Shown: in pieces, positions 28,261 to 41,949 of the stretch
Position numbering within the stretch: the stretch's first letter is position 1
Layout: each line of letters begins with the position of its first letter
DNA from: Antechinus flavipes
Lineage: Eukaryota
Length of the DNA: 64,000 nucleotides
Assembly: GCF_016432865.1 (NCBI RefSeq)
Contig: NC_067398.1
Coordinates: forward strand, 83,328,001 to 83,392,000
Reading direction: 5' to 3'
Translations under genes and position numbers: made by a program
The notes under the pieces: generated by a model
Databases searched by the model: none
Told to the model about the DNA's origin: nothing
Seen by the model: only the letters and a program-made list of their open reading frames with translations

Positions 28261-28718
28261 GCAAGGGGCGGGGGGGGGGGGGGGGTTAGAGTAGGCTAGC
28301 TAGACAGCGGAGGCTCTCCATACTCAAGGGTGTCCACACGTGGGAGCTGCTGTGAATTGGACCTTCAGGAGTAAGTGTCCTGCAGATCGGGTGCGTGACT
28401 TGAGGAATATGGGTAGGGGCGAGAACATCCAAGTGGGATCCGGGATTCTCTGGTGCACCTGTAGCTAGCAGCAAGCTCTTCCTGACCTCTAATGCTAGCC
28501 AGGTTAAAAGTAATGCTCAAACAGCGGTATAAGAGTACCTGAGGTGGGGGTTGGGGGGATCCCCGGGGCCTGTCAGGAAAGGTGTAAATCACAGCCTTAG
28601 ACTCACATTTGCAAACCACCACCACCATTCCTTCAGTATGAGGATGGAGGAGGTGCTGCGACCTAGCCCCTAGCACCATCCCAGAACCAATCAGTAAGTT
28701 CTTTTAAAGACTTCGGCA

Positions 28719-28882
28719 GGGGCAGCTAGATGGCGCAGTGGATAAAGCACCAGCCTTGAAATCAAGGAGGACCTGAGTACAAATATGATCTCAGTCACTT
28801 AACACTTCTAGCTGTGTGACCCCGGGCGAGTCACTTAACTCCTATCGCCTCAGCAAGAAAGAAAAAAAAAAGAAAAAGAAAA
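28719..28882 (+). mobile_element. Marsupial tRNA-derived SINE (WSINE1-like)
   Basis: GGGGCAGCTAGATGGCGCAGTGGATAAAGCAC head, CORE-like body, A-rich tail. Confidence 0.85.
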
Positions 28883-30104
28883 GTCTTGTCTGCAGTTTTA
28901 TTCATTTCATTGCAAGGCAATGTTTAACCTACTTAACTGGGCAAACCACCCAGAAACAACGCATGTGCTCATTTTCAGTGATTCTTATCTACAAATTAAA
29001 ACTGGTCTGGCCCCACTTCTTTTGTCTCCCATCTCCACCCCCAATCGGGTTTGGCTACCTCTGCTTCATTTCGTTTTCTGTCTTGCCTTCCCTCTAGTAG
29101 TTCTACTCAGTAGGGTGTTACTGGGTTTGGGTACTGGTGCCCTCCACCACAAATGCCTTGTTGTGGTGTGTGGTCCTAGGGAGTTATGCCAGGTTTGGCC
29201 AATAAAGTACAAACTGTGGCCCATTCTACCAACCAGGAAAGACCGAGGGCAGCCTTGGTGATTCTTTGAGGACTAGTCTAATGAAGGACAGTGACCGTCT
29301 TCACAGCAAAATAGGACTAAGTGGTTTGATTTGGGGTTGGGTACTTTTTTTTGTTGAGTTTTGTTTGGGAATTGGTTTTGTGTGTTGCTTCAGTGACTCA
29401 GAATAGCTGGGGGCTGTGGGAGGGGGAGAGGGAGAAAGAACGATCCTATGGAATCCCTTTCCAGAACTTCTTCAATGATAGAAAAGATCTGAAAGAAGGT
29501 GCCAGGAGTCACACAGTTCTGGGATGGTCAACAGACATAAATTTAACTGTTGGTTTTTAAAATTCCATCTTTGCCCAATGAATGAGAAGCTGACATATTC
29601 TTGGAGAGTGGGAACCACCTCGATGTTGATACTCTAGCTATTTTGAGGACTCACAGATTCTACTCTGAGATGCAAATAGAGGGAGTTGATTTTATTTTGT
29701 TTCCAGAACATCACCTAATGTTATTAGATGTTAATGTATTATTTGTTCCATCTAATGTAACATTTGGATCATCTTATCTTACAAGTGCTCAGATTGAGCT
29801 TAAGCCAGCAAAACATCATATAATCATTTGAAATTCAGCCAACATTTAGTTCATTGAACACCCACTGTGTGCCATGCAGTATGACAGGTGCTAGAGATGC
29901 AAAGAAAAAATACTAATCCCCAAACATAAATTATATGAGGGCAGGGGGGAATATGCCCACAATCAAGTAGATAACAATATATATAAAGCAAGCACAAATT
30001 AATTGGGGAGTAGGAACTGGCAGCTGAGGGAACTAATGGACAAGAGCTAGATTTGGAGTCGGGAAGACTCCAATTTAAATCCTGCCCCATACACTTATTA
30101 GCTA

Positions 30105-30340
30105 TGTTGTTATTCAGTCGCTTTCATTCTTTGTGATGTCATTTGGAGTTTTCCTGGCAAAGATCCTGGAATGGTTTGCCATGTCCTTCTCCAATTCAGT
30201 TTAAAAATCAGGAAACTAAGACAAACAGGGTTAAGTGACTTCCCCAAATTCATACAGCTGGTCTTTGAAACAACATCTGAACGCAGGAAGATGAGTCTTC
30301 CTGATTCCACATCTAGTGCTCTACGCACTATGGTGCCACT
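30105..30340 (-). mobile_element. Mar1/MIR-type SINE
   Basis: tggcaaagatcctggaatggtttgccatgtccttctcc...gttaagtgactt, antisense orientation. Confidence 0.7.
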
Positions 30341-31344
30341 GAGTTATTCTATTCTCTGTGACCTTTAAAATTAAGTTGGACTCAATGGTCCCAAAGGTCT
30401 CTTCCAGCTCAATCTAAGCTCTCTTGAACTAAGGGATCAACATAAGACTCCTAAGAAGTGTCACTTGAGCTGGTAGAAGTAAAGATCTGCATTCCGAGTC
30501 AAAGGGGACAAACAGCCTGTGCAGAAGCCAAGACTGGATACACAATGATGTGACAGCCAGGATCCTACCTTTAAGCTAGATGGTGATGATTTACAGTTTA
30601 TCCTGGAGGCAGTAAGGAGATCCCCTATAGTTTTTGGGTGTTAGACTCATGATTGAGGCCTCTGGTTGGTTGCTATGAGGAGAATGAATTGGGGAGAGAA
30701 AGGAGATGTTATGTAGAGATCTCAGACAGGATACTGCCAGAGATGTGGCTGAAATTGATGAGACCTTGAGCAATGAAGGTCACATGTCTAAATCTATACC
30801 AAAAAAAGAATAGAGAAATGATAGGAAGAACTTGACAACCCAGTTGTACAAAGTAAGTCAACACTCATCCCTTGGTGACTTCATTATGAATGTAAAGAGG
30901 ATGACGATCGTGCTAGATAATATGGTTCTGTGATAGAAAATGTCATCCACACCCAGAGAAAGAACCAGTGAGTCTGAATGCAGATCAAAACATATTATTT
31001 TCACTTTTTCTTGTTTTTTTTCTTTCTCATGGTTTTCCCCTTTTGTTCTGATTCTTCCACTACAACATGACTAATGTGGAAATATGGTTAATATGATGGC
31101 ACAGGTATAACCTATATAAGATTGCTTGCTGTCTTGGGTAGTGGGGAGAAGAGGAAGGGAGGGAGAGAAAATTGGAAATCAAAATCTTAAATGTTGAAAA
31201 ATAAAAATAATTTAATTTTTAAAAAATAGGGTTCTGAATCAAGAAATTAACATGAAGAAAAATGTGTGTACTACTCTGCATATCATAAATAATTTCTTCC
31301 TAAAAAGAAAGAAGGTGCTAGGCACAGTGAATACCAAAGATATA

Positions 31345-31347
<3 letters not shown>

Positions 31348-31383
<36 letters not shown>
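31348..31383. repeat. (GA)n microsatellite
   Basis: Read directly from sequence. Confidence 0.95.
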
Positions 31384-31386
<3 letters not shown>

Positions 31387-32559
31387 TAAAAACTATCTCA
31401 CCAAGCAGGAAATGACTGGTTGTTACAAACTATCCGTCTCAAAATCTGCTGTCAGTTATGTGTGAACAGAACATCATATACCCAGCACAAAAGACAAAGT
31501 AAATACTAAAATAGAAAAAGAAAAGTGAAAAAAGTCTGAGCAATTAGAGTAGTCTCAATTCAACCTGTTTAAACAGCCTGTTGATCCTGGAAAACAGGAA
31601 ATGGACAAAAGTAAAGACATTGACAATGGACATTTCTTAACGAAATCTGATGTAAAATGAGGAGGCAGAAATTGCTATGGGCACACTTAATTTATTTGCA
31701 GGTAAAGTACAATATTTATTTAAAGTGGAAACTCATTTATTTAACATTACAGAGGAGGCAGATAGACTTTGAGCAATCACTTCCCAAAATAGTGGAATGC
31801 AGCTGAGAAAATGGGATAAAATTGGGTTAATATCCATTACAAATCTCCTCAGTCGAATGTAAATTTTATTGAGAAGAGGGACTATTTCATTCTTTCTTTG
31901 TAAACACTTCTCTCTCCAACTTGGATGACTTGAATTGACAGTTACAATTAAAACCCAACTGTGTGATTAGCTGTGTATCTTTGGGGAATCGGGGATAGGA
32001 GGAGAGGGGAAAGGTGTTAAAATACCAAATAGGGAATCTTTGGCAGTAGTCCAGATTGAAAGCTGATGAGGTCCTGAATTCAAGGACCAAACACAATAAG
32101 AAATCATGATGATGCACACTCCCACCTCCAGAGAGATAGGAATGATGGATTCACAGCAAAGATTTAAATTTTCTGGATGTGGCCAATGTGGGACTTTGCT
32201 TAACTATGTGGATTTGTAATAGCTTTTATTTTTCTTGCTTTTTTAGTGGGTAATTGGGGAGGTAAAGAATGCTGACCTGAAAATGTGATGGAATTCAATT
32301 TAAAAGAAAGTATTAATTTAATAAACACTAATATTTTAAAATGATGAATGGAAAAAATGAAAAATGCTGAAGAAGACATAATTATAAATGCACTTAGGAT
32401 TGCTTTTTCAAGATATCTCAAAGAGGGAAGATTTCAAAAAGATCAAAAAGATTAAATGATTTTCTCCTTATCTTCCCCCTTCCCCAAAAAAGAGATCAAA
32501 ATGCCATCAGCAACTAGTGAGCAAGATGCATACTTTCTTCTTATACTATTTTTATTAAA

Positions 32560-33010
32560 AAGTGGTGTATTAGCAGTAATGAATTGAACCAGCTACACCC
32601 AGTGAAAGAACTACGGGAGATAACTATGAACCACTACATAGAATTCCCAATCCCTCTATTTTTGTCTGCCTGCCTTTTTAATTTCCTTCACAGGCTAATA
32701 GTACACTATTTCAAAGTCCGACTCTTTTTGTACAGCAAAATAACTGTTTGGATATGTATACTTATATTGTATTTAATTTATACTTTAACATATTTAACAT
32801 GTATTGGTCAACCTGCCATGGGGGGAGGGGATGGGGGTGAAGTGGAAAAGCACACTCTTAAAACCTCATTATTTTGGCTGCCCTGTTTTTCTCTTGCCTG
32901 GGCACTCCAGGGGAAGGAGGGGAAAAATCGGGACAAAAGGTTTGGCAATTGTCAGTGCTGTAAAATTACCCATGCATATAATCTGTAAATAAAAAGCTAT
33001 AATTTTAAAA
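32560..33010 (+). mobile_element. L1 3' end
   Basis: G-rich tract, AATAAAAA and A-rich tail typical of marsupial L1. Confidence 0.7.
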
Positions 33011-33174
33011 AGTGGCCTATTCTTGGATTGCCAGTGTCATAAAGAAAACATGAAACACAGACAGGCAGGCTTTTGTAGGTAAGTGATTTTCTATAGAATA
33101 TTATAGTTGTATGAGGTTTTTGGTCATACAACTGGCTTAAGAGGCTTTAAATTCCTACAGTTTCTATATGGGTG

Positions 33175-33545
33175 GATTTTTTTTATTAAACTTTTTTATT
33201 TTCAAAAAATACACATAAATAACTTTTAACATCAATCCTTGCAAAATCTTGTGCTCCCATTTTCCTTCCCTTCCCCTAGATGGCAAGTAATCCAGTATAT
33301 GTTAAACATGGTAAAAAATATATGTGAAATCCAATATGTGCATACATATTTATAAAATTATCTTGGTGCACAAGAAAAATCAGATCAAAAAGGGAAAAAA
33401 GTGAGAAAGAAAATAAAATGTGAGCAAACAACAAAAAGTGAAAATGCTGTGTTGTGAACCACACTCTGTTCCCATAGTCCTCTCTCTGGATGTAGATGAC
33501 TTTCATCATCACAAGATCATAGGAACCGGTCTGAATCATCTTTGT
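33175..33545 (-). mobile_element. L1 3' end
   Basis: T-rich tail followed by antisense L1 3' UTR. Confidence 0.7.
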
Positions 33546-33699
33546 TTGTTTGGTTTTTTAAATGCAATATGAAAGGGTCTAGTGAAAGGTGTCTCCTGTG
33601 TGTGTGTCGGGGGGGGGGGGTGTATGATAAATAGGACTGTGACATTAATAATGCTCAGTTTCCTACTACATAGCGTCCTGAAGGGTTGATACATAACTT

Positions 33700-34412
33700 A
33701 AGATATGTGTCAGTGTTATGAAAGATGTTATGTGTGGGATCTAAAAGAAGAAATTTTCTGTTTATGTACATGTTCTCCAAATTGTTCATCTGTCATGTTT
33801 GTGGCAGCCCTGTTTATAGTGACTAGAAGCTGGAAAATGAATGGATGCCCATCAATTGGAGAATGGTTGGGTAAATTGTGGTATATGAACATTATGTAAT
33901 ATTATTGTTCTGTAAGAAATGACCAGCAGGATGAATACAGAGAGGACTGGCAAGACTTACATGAACTGATGCTGAGTGAAATGAGCAGAACCAGGAGATC
34001 ATTATACACTTCAACAACGATACTGTTTGAGGATATGTTCTGATGGAAGTGGATCTCCTCGATAAAGAGAGCTAATTCAATTTCAATTGATCAAGGATGG
34101 ACAGAAGCAGCTACACCCAAAGAAGAAACATTGGGAAATGAACATACACTGCTTGCATTTTTGTTTTTCTTGCCGGGTTATTTATACCTTCTGAATTCAA
34201 TTCTCCCTGTGCAACAAGAGAACTGTTCGGTTCTGCACACATATATTGTATCTAGGATATACTGGAACCTATTTAACATGTAAAGGACTGCTTGCCATCT
34301 GGGGGAGGGGGTGGAGGGAGGGAGGGGAAAAATCGGAACAGAAGTGAGTGCAAGGGATAATGTAAAAAATTACCCTGGCATGGGTTCTGTCAATAAAAAG
34401 TTATTTAAAAAA
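33700..34412 (+). mobile_element. L1 3' fragment (ORF2 end and 3' UTR), relatively young
   Basis: VAALFIVTRSWKMNGCPSIGEWLGKLWY translation; G-rich tract; AATAAAAAG tail. Confidence 0.85.
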
Positions 34413-34924
34413 ACAAATTTATTTGTCTATGATATTGGCCATGCTGAAAACAATTTTTTAAAAAGCTGCTTCTGTGAAGTCTATAATAAGATAAAAGAGG
34501 TCTCACTAACTGTGAGCACTTAGACCCAAAGCACTTGGATAAACACATTGTCCAGACTATGACATTATCTGCAATCATTTATTAAAGGGAAAAAGAAAAA
34601 AAAAGATTTTTAAAAATTCTACTGTATCTTAGACATTACACTAAGTGCTGAAAATACAAAGACAAAAATGAAACCATCCCTGGCCTCAAGGAGATTACAT
34701 TCTATAATCTTACCATCACCTTTTTATGGCTGACATTCACATAGCATTTTAAAGCCTGCACAGTTCTTTTTGAATATGATCAAATTTGATTTCCTGGGAG
34801 GTGGGTTAGTACAGGTATTGTTTTTCTCATTGTACAGATATGGAAACTTAGACACAAGTTAAGCATCTGAGTGTCCATGGTCATATGGCCTTAAGTGGCA
34901 AAGTTGGAGTGTGAACTCAAGTCT

Positions 34925-35900
34925 TTTTTAAAATCATATTTTATTTTTCCAAACACATGTAAAGATAAGTTTTTAACAATCACCTTTATAAAACCTTATG
35001 TTCCAAATTTTTCTCCCTTTCCCCTTCCCAATACGGCAAGCAATCCAGTATAGATTAAACATGCAATTTTTCTAAACATTTCTATATTTGTAATGTTGTG
35101 CAAGAAAAATCAAATCAAAAGGGAAAAAACAAGAAAAAAATCAAACAAAACAAGAAGGGTGAAAATACTATGCTTTGATCCACATTCAGTGTCTCCATAG
35201 ATACAAATGGCACTGTCTATCACAAGTCTATTGGAATTGTCTTGAATCACCTCATTGTTGAAAAGAGCCATGTTTCTCACAACTGATTATCACATAATCT
35301 TGTAGTTTCTGTGCACAATGTTTTCTTGGTTCTGCTCACTTTACTTAGAATCAGTTCATGTAAGTCTTTCCAGGATTTTCTGAAATCAGCCTGCCCATCA
35401 TCTCTTACAAAACAATAATATTCCATAACATTCATATACCATAACTTAGCCATTCCCCAACTGATGAGCATCCACTCAATTTCCAGTTCCTTGCCAGTAC
35501 AAAAATAAAAAATGTTTATACATTTTTTGCACATATGGGTCCTTTTACCCTTTTTTGTGATCTTTATGGGATACAGACCCAGTAGAGACACTGCTAGATC
35601 AAAGGCAAAGGGTATGCACAGTTTTATAGTTCTTTGGGCGTAGCTCTAAATTGCTCTCCAGAATGGTTGGATCAATTCACAACTCCACCAACAAGGCCTT
35701 AATTCCAGTTTTCCCATATCCTCTCCCAGCATTTATCATTATCTTTTCCTGTCATTTTAGCTGATCTGTGAAATATGAAATAGTACCTCAGAGTTGTCTT
35801 AACTTGCATTTCTCTAATCAATAATGCTCTAGAGCATTTTTTCATGTGACTAGAAGTGATTTTGAATTTCTTCATCTGAAAATTGTTTGTTCATATCCTT
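34925..35900 (-). mobile_element. L1 3' fragment
   Basis: ORF track 35277..35591 resembles the ORF2 C-terminus; 3' UTR toward 34925. Confidence 0.8.
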
Positions 35901-36944
35901 GATCAGCCTGAGGAATGGCTTATATTCTTATAAATTTGGAACTCAGGTTTTCTTGACTCCAAATCCAACTCTATGCATTTTCAGCAGCCTTTCTCAAACT
36001 TTTTGGTCTCAGAACCTCTTTACTTCTCAAAAATTAATGATTCTTCCCTCACTTCTGGCCAAGAGCTTCAGTTGAATGGGTTACATCTATTGTTCTTTAC
36101 CATATTAGGAATTGAAATGGCTTTGTATTATAATGAAAGTAGTTTTAACCTCTGGACTCCCTCAAAGAGGTCTCAGGCATTCCCAGAAGTTCCCAGACCA
36201 TAGAGGTGCTATTTCATGATGCTTGCAGATACCTCTGACTGGCAGGAAGTTTTTGTAATAAGTCTGTCTGTCTCTCTAGTTAGATCTTGGACAGATGCTG
36301 CTGGTATGTTTTTGGCAGATGCTCAAGTTAAATTGAGCAAGAGCATTCATTTAGTTTGATCACACTGGGGAAATGTTGCATTATTTGGGTAACAGCAAAC
36401 TTATCTTTTGAACCTGATATATCTTCAGTATTTTCCTGATGATGAGTGAAACCTGAAACATCATAATCCCTAAAATATCATACTGAGCAGTACATTGATA
36501 GCAATATCTTGGGTATAATAAGTGGCCATTTAGATATAAAAAGAGATGGACTAGTTTTGAAACAAGAATGTGGATTAATAGTGGTACAATCCTTGGTACC
36601 GCTGAGATTCTAATAGTTCCAGAGGAAGATTTCCAATCCATTGAGTAGATCCTCTTATCTATTTTGGGAGTTGGGAGGAGACTAGAATCACAGGGAAAGA
36701 TGAGCCTTTATCAACGCAGAAAGTTACATACAGGGGCCAGATCAAAGTATCAAAGTATACATTATCCTCACAAAATATACTAGACAGTATTAAGATATAT
36801 GAATATGTATATGTATGTGTGTGTATATATATAATATATATACATATATAGTATGTATATAATTTTGTGTGCAACAGTATATTATGTATAAATGTAACAT
36901 GTGTCAGAATCTCGGGATGTACTTATATACAATGTTATGGTTTT

Positions 36945-37135
36945 ATTCAGTTGTTTCTGTCATTACCAACTATGTGACCCTATTTGGGGTTTTCTTGTCA
37001 AAGACAGTTTGCCATTTCCTTTTCTAGCTCATTTTATAGATGAGGAAACTGAGGCAGACAGGATTAAGTGACTTGCCCAGGGTCACTTTGGTAAGTGTCT
37101 GAGGCTAGATTTGAACTCGAGATGAATTTTCCCAA
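36945..37135 (-). mobile_element. Mar1/MIR-type SINE
   Basis: agatgaggaaactgaggcagacaggattaagtgacttgcccagggtcac CORE motif. Confidence 0.8.
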
Positions 37136-37947
37136 CCCAACACTCCTGTTTGTATAATATGTTCATGCAAAATATGATCCTGTAACAATGATGTGCAAAT
37201 TTCTGAGTTTCCTATGAAGTTTAAAGTTTGAATGTATCAATGAAGTTTCAAAGTAGATTTAATTTGTTAAAAAAAATTAGCATAGTTGAGGACTGTGAGT
37301 AAAGACATATATCTGTGCATGAAGGCACTAATATAACTAACATGTAGCTTATGAAAATTTCCATGTACCTTGGTGGCTTATGAATGTATCAGGGTGCCCG
37401 TGTATCAGTTTTTATCAGTATGAATGTATCAATATATTTCCAAGTTAGCTTATGACAAAGCATAATATACATCAGTGGTGTGTGAATGTCTCTTACTGGG
37501 ATACAACTTCCTTGTGTGTGTATCTTTATATGTGTAAATGTATCAGTAGCCTTTCCCTACCCTGCAGTGTTAAAGTTTTACTATGGCATGTGAATGTATT
37601 AATATATAGCTAAATCCACATAGCAACCTTCTTTCTCTGCCTTAGTTAAAGTGTAACCCCGTTAGGAGAGTACAGAAGGGGGTGGGGAGGCTGGGAAGGG
37701 CTGGAGGGGCGGCTGGACGCTGGAGACTTCGATCCCCACAAGATGAGGACATTGCTCCCCAGTACATTGTGGGCCCCATTTTAGGCAGCTTTTTTCCTTT
37801 CAGCACCCTTTTGTGGGAGGATGTGCTCTTCCCAGGAAGTCCACCAGGGGGACCTAAAGAGCCATGTGAAAATTACTGGTCTGGGACAATGGGTTTAGGG
37901 AGATGAAAAACAAATGGAAATTCACTATTTTTCCCTCTTCTCCCCAG

Positions 37948-38054
37948 ATTGCAAGTTTACTTGCCATTACCGATGCCGGGCCCTGATCCGTTTAGACTGT
38001 TTTGGTCCCCGAGAACTGAGCTTGGAGCCTACCTTGGAAAGAGACACCAATGTG
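37948..38054 (+). CDS. RASSF1: RASSF1 exon 2-alpha-beta (second half of the C1 domain)
   Basis: ttctccccag|AT then CKFTCHYRCRALIRLDCFGPRELSLEPTLERDTNV|gtatgg; 107 nt, phase matches exon 1-alpha. Confidence 0.96.
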
Positions 38055-38445
38055 GTATGGCTATTCTGGTGGTCTGTGTCATTGGGCGGTAGGACTGCTG
38101 GATAGATGGGGCTGGGAAGGTTGAAGAGCAGTGAGAAATGCCTTCTTCTTGGGAGTCGATGGGAAAAGCAATGCATTTGTTATCAGAAGCCTTGATTTTG
38201 AATACCATTTTGGGGAAAAAATCGCTTAACTTTCTGGCCTCATGTTGCAGTTTAATTGTTAGATAATAGAGAAAACTCTCTTAAGTTCTAAAATCTATGA
38301 TCATTATGAAATGGAAACCTGGAAAATGGGACTTTCTTTAAATCACACAAGCCAAAGATAGAACCAGGACAAGAACTAAGTTCTACTAGCTTCCAATCCA
38401 ATATTCTCTCTCCTGAGAAGCTGGTCTTGGAAATGTAGTCTACAA

Positions 38446-38624
38446 CAGGGCTTCTTAAACTTTTTGCCCTGAGAAATTTTCATGTAACCCTAGATTACAT
38501 ATATAGGTATATAAAATGGGTATACAAACCAAATATTTACTGATAATAAATCATAGTTTCACAGCTATTACATTCAGTTACTCAACTGAAGTTGAGTTCC
38601 TCATATGGGGTTGCAACCCAGTTG
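38446..38624. mobile_element. hAT/Charlie-type MITE, third copy
   Basis: CAGGGCTTCTTAAAC start; body similar to the 13565 and 21531 copies. Confidence 0.65.
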
Positions 38625-40367
38625 TACAACACTCAGGGAAGGATAGTTAGCTTGGACATGAGCTATGATGCACGTTCCTCTACCCCAATCCATATATCCT
38701 TAGTACCAAGGCATGATCTAGTCATCCTGCCTTTGCTCGAAGGGAACCCTTTATCTTCTGGAGTAGAACATTATATTTTGGGATAGATAACTCTTTTTTT
38801 GGGGGGGGTAACAAGCTTTTCCTCATTTCAAGCCCAAGTTCAATGTCTATTTGATCCTTGTTGTGCCTTTTGGAGCCAAGCAAATTAATTTTCTCATACA
38901 AAAGCCCTTCACATATTTGAAGACAGCTTTTGCACAGTACTGAAGTGTTCTCTTCTTCAAACTAAACATGTCCATTTCTTTCCATTTCTGTCTATGATCT
39001 TAATGTTTTTTCCTAAGTGGTCACCCATGTCTCTAACTTATTAATGTCTTTTCTCAAATATTGTGCCCAGAATTAAATGTAGCATTTCAAATATGATCTG
39101 GCCAGGAATACATAGAGACAGACTATCACCTGTAGCCCTAGATATGCTTCCCCTCTTAATAAGGACTATCGACTTTTTTATTGATATTTTATTTTGATAC
39201 CACATTCATTTCCATATATATATGCCTATTTTCCTCCTTACCCATCAAACTCTCCCCCTGTGACAAATATTTAAAAAGAAAAAACAGTTCAGGAAAAAAA
39301 ACAACCAATATGCTGTGTCTGGCAACATATTCAACATTTTATACCCCATCTTCTATCTCTCCAGTAAAGGAAAGGGAGGTATATTTGCTCATTTCTTCTT
39401 CACAACCAAGCTTACCAGTTTATTTTTATTGTTGTCTCCATTTACCTAGTTTCAGTTGTATGTTTTTCCCCCTTGGTTCTGCATATTACTTCCTGTATTC
39501 ATTCATATAAGTCTCCCCATAATTCTCAGAATTCTTAATATTGTTTTGTATAGCACAGTAATATTCCATTGCATGTATGTTACCTATTATGTTCCCAATT
39601 AGTGATAATAATTGATGACACCTACTGTGTTTCCAATTAATATCAGCTCTTTTAACTGTCATGACTAATTAATTTGCAACCTATTAAAACTCTCATAACA
39701 TTTTCATAGGACATGAAATATTGTAATACTTCTTTCATCTTGTACTTGTGAGTTGGATTTTTTTAAAATTTGGTTGCAATTCTTTTATTTATTTGTGTTA
39801 TATTTAATTTAGTCAGTCCTGCACTTTTACATGTTGAGACCTTGTTAGATACTGTCATATAATATTTTAACTTCTTTTCATCTACACATTTGATAAAATG
39901 CCATCTTGCCTTTATCCTAATCCTTAATATAAATGTTTAAAATGGCAATTCATTAAGAATAGATTTTTGCATTTGAGAGCCTCCTTCTAAGATGCCATTA
40001 AATAGTGATTTAATGACTACTCTTTGGATTTGACCATTCACCAACTTCTGAATGTCTTGTGCCATTGTCTAATTCACCTCATTCCACCTTGTCCTTCAGG
40101 CTAACATGAAATATTTAGTCAAATGTAAAGAGCATTACCTTGTCTATTGTAATTACCTTGTTTAAATAAGTGTGATACTGGCCTGGCCATCCTCAGCTAT
40201 GATAGCTCCTTGTGATTGATTATGGCTCCCTTTTCTAGATGTTTACCTTGAATGAAATCAAGCTCCATGGTCAGTGGTTTGCAAATTACATCCTCTTCTT
40301 AGTTTTGAAAACCTGGACAGCATTTGCCTCTTTTAAATCCTGCAGTATACTTCCTATTCTCTATAGT

Positions 40368-40517
40368 ACTTTTTTCCCCCAAGACAACTGGAGTTAAATG
40401 ACTTGCCCAGGGTCACATAGCTAGGAAGTGTTAAGTGTCTGAATCTGAGTCAGATTTGAACTCAAGTCCTTCTGACTTCAGGCTGGTGCTCTATCCACTG
40501 CACCACCTAGCTGCCCC
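40368..40517 (-). mobile_element. WSINE-like SINE with TSD TTCTCTATAGT
   Basis: TSD at 40357-40367 and 40521-40531; ends CTAGCTGCCCC. Confidence 0.85.
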
Positions 40518-40604
40518 ATGTTCTCTATAGTCTTAACATGATCGGTAACCTGGTAGCTTAGTAATCACAATGAAAGATTTTTTAAATCAATTCTTCCTGA
40601 TATC

Positions 40605-40732
40605 TTTTTGTTGTTGAAGCATTGGGGTTAAGTGATTTGCTAGGAAGTGTTAAGTATCTGAAATCGGATTTGAACTCAGTTCTTCCTAACTTCAGGGCTG
40701 GTGCTGTACTTATTACACCATCTAGCTGTCCC
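40605..40732 (-). mobile_element. WSINE-like SINE
   Basis: ctaggaagtgttaagtatctga...catctagctgtccc. Confidence 0.75.
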
Positions 40733-40734
40733 CT

Positions 40735-41850
40735 GATAGCTTTTTTTCCCATCAAAATTTCCTCCTCTTTCCCTCCCTTTCCACCTCCCTAGAGAAGTAT
40801 CCCATGTAACAAATAATCTTTTTAAAGCAAAAAAAAAAAAAAAAAAAAAGGGGGGGGGGAGGAATCAACAAATCAGCTACTGTCAAAGTCTGAAAATTTA
40901 TGTGATATACCATCCCTATGGGCTTCTAGACTGTGGAAAAGAGTGAATGAAAACATCCTCTCATATCTCTTCTTTGGAGTCATCCTTGCTGTTTGTAATT
41001 TTCCCTTTTAATTGCAAGGGTGCTAGACAACGAGTCAATGAACCAGAGGGTGGTCACACAGGAAAAAGCAAAAATAGAACACAGCCATTTCACAGTGAAG
41101 TGGTCAACACTATCAGAAGCTACCAGAATGGATGAGGAGGATAAAGACTGAGAAAAGACCATCCAATGAAGCAGTTGAAATTACTGATGACTTTGGAAAA
41201 AACTGTTCATTGGAGTGGAGGGGATGAGAATCACTTTGTATTCCTCATATTTATAATTTCCTTCAGTAATATCTCAGTACATTCATGTACCACAATTTGT
41301 TTAGCTATTCCCCAATCAATAGACATCTACTTTTCTTTCACCAAAAGCACTGTTATAAATCTTTTTGTATATATTGGAGATTTTCTTCTTTTTGATGGCC
41401 TCCTGTAAAACACTTAGTACAGTTTCTGGCACATAGTAGATGCTTAATAAGTGCTTGTTTTCTTTTCTCCTTCCCCCTTGCTGTATAAGCAATCTCTGAA
41501 TCAGAGGATATGAACATGTTAGACACTTCAATTGGTGATTACAAGTTTCTTTCCAAAATGGTCATATTGATCCACAGCTCTACTAACAGTACACTAGTGT
41601 GCCTTGTCTTCCCACAACCCTCAACCACATATTTCCCCTCTTTTGCCACTTTTGCCAGTTTGCAACCAGTGAGATAAAACTTCAGAGATGTTTTGATTTG
41701 TAGTTCTCTAATTATTACTGGTTCTCTTATTATTAATGGTTTAGAGAATTCTTCCATACAGTTGTTAAAAGTTTGCAGTTTTTTGAGAATTGTTTGTTCA
41801 CATCCTTTGACACATTTATTGGAGAATAGCTTTTGATCATACTTTCATCT
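40735..41850 (-). mobile_element. Fragmented L1 3' region (interrupted at 41011-41240)
   Basis: ORF 41539..41757 (IIRELQIKTSLKFYLT...GCGKT) resembles the L1 ORF2 C-terminus. Confidence 0.75.
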
Positions 41851-41949
41851 GTAAATATATATACGTTTATTGTTGTTTTTGTTGTTTCCCAACAGCCAGC
41901 TTCCCTATTTATCCAAATGCACTGAAAATTTTTGAAATAGGGAATGACA

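Noticed and set aside
28719-28790. tRNA-like A/B boxes here and in the other SINE heads
   Set aside because: tRNA-derived SINE heads, not cloverleaf tRNA genes
36437-36463. Box C (TGATGA) and box D (CTGA) with a terminal stem
   Set aside because: Only 27 nt, far too short for a C/D snoRNA
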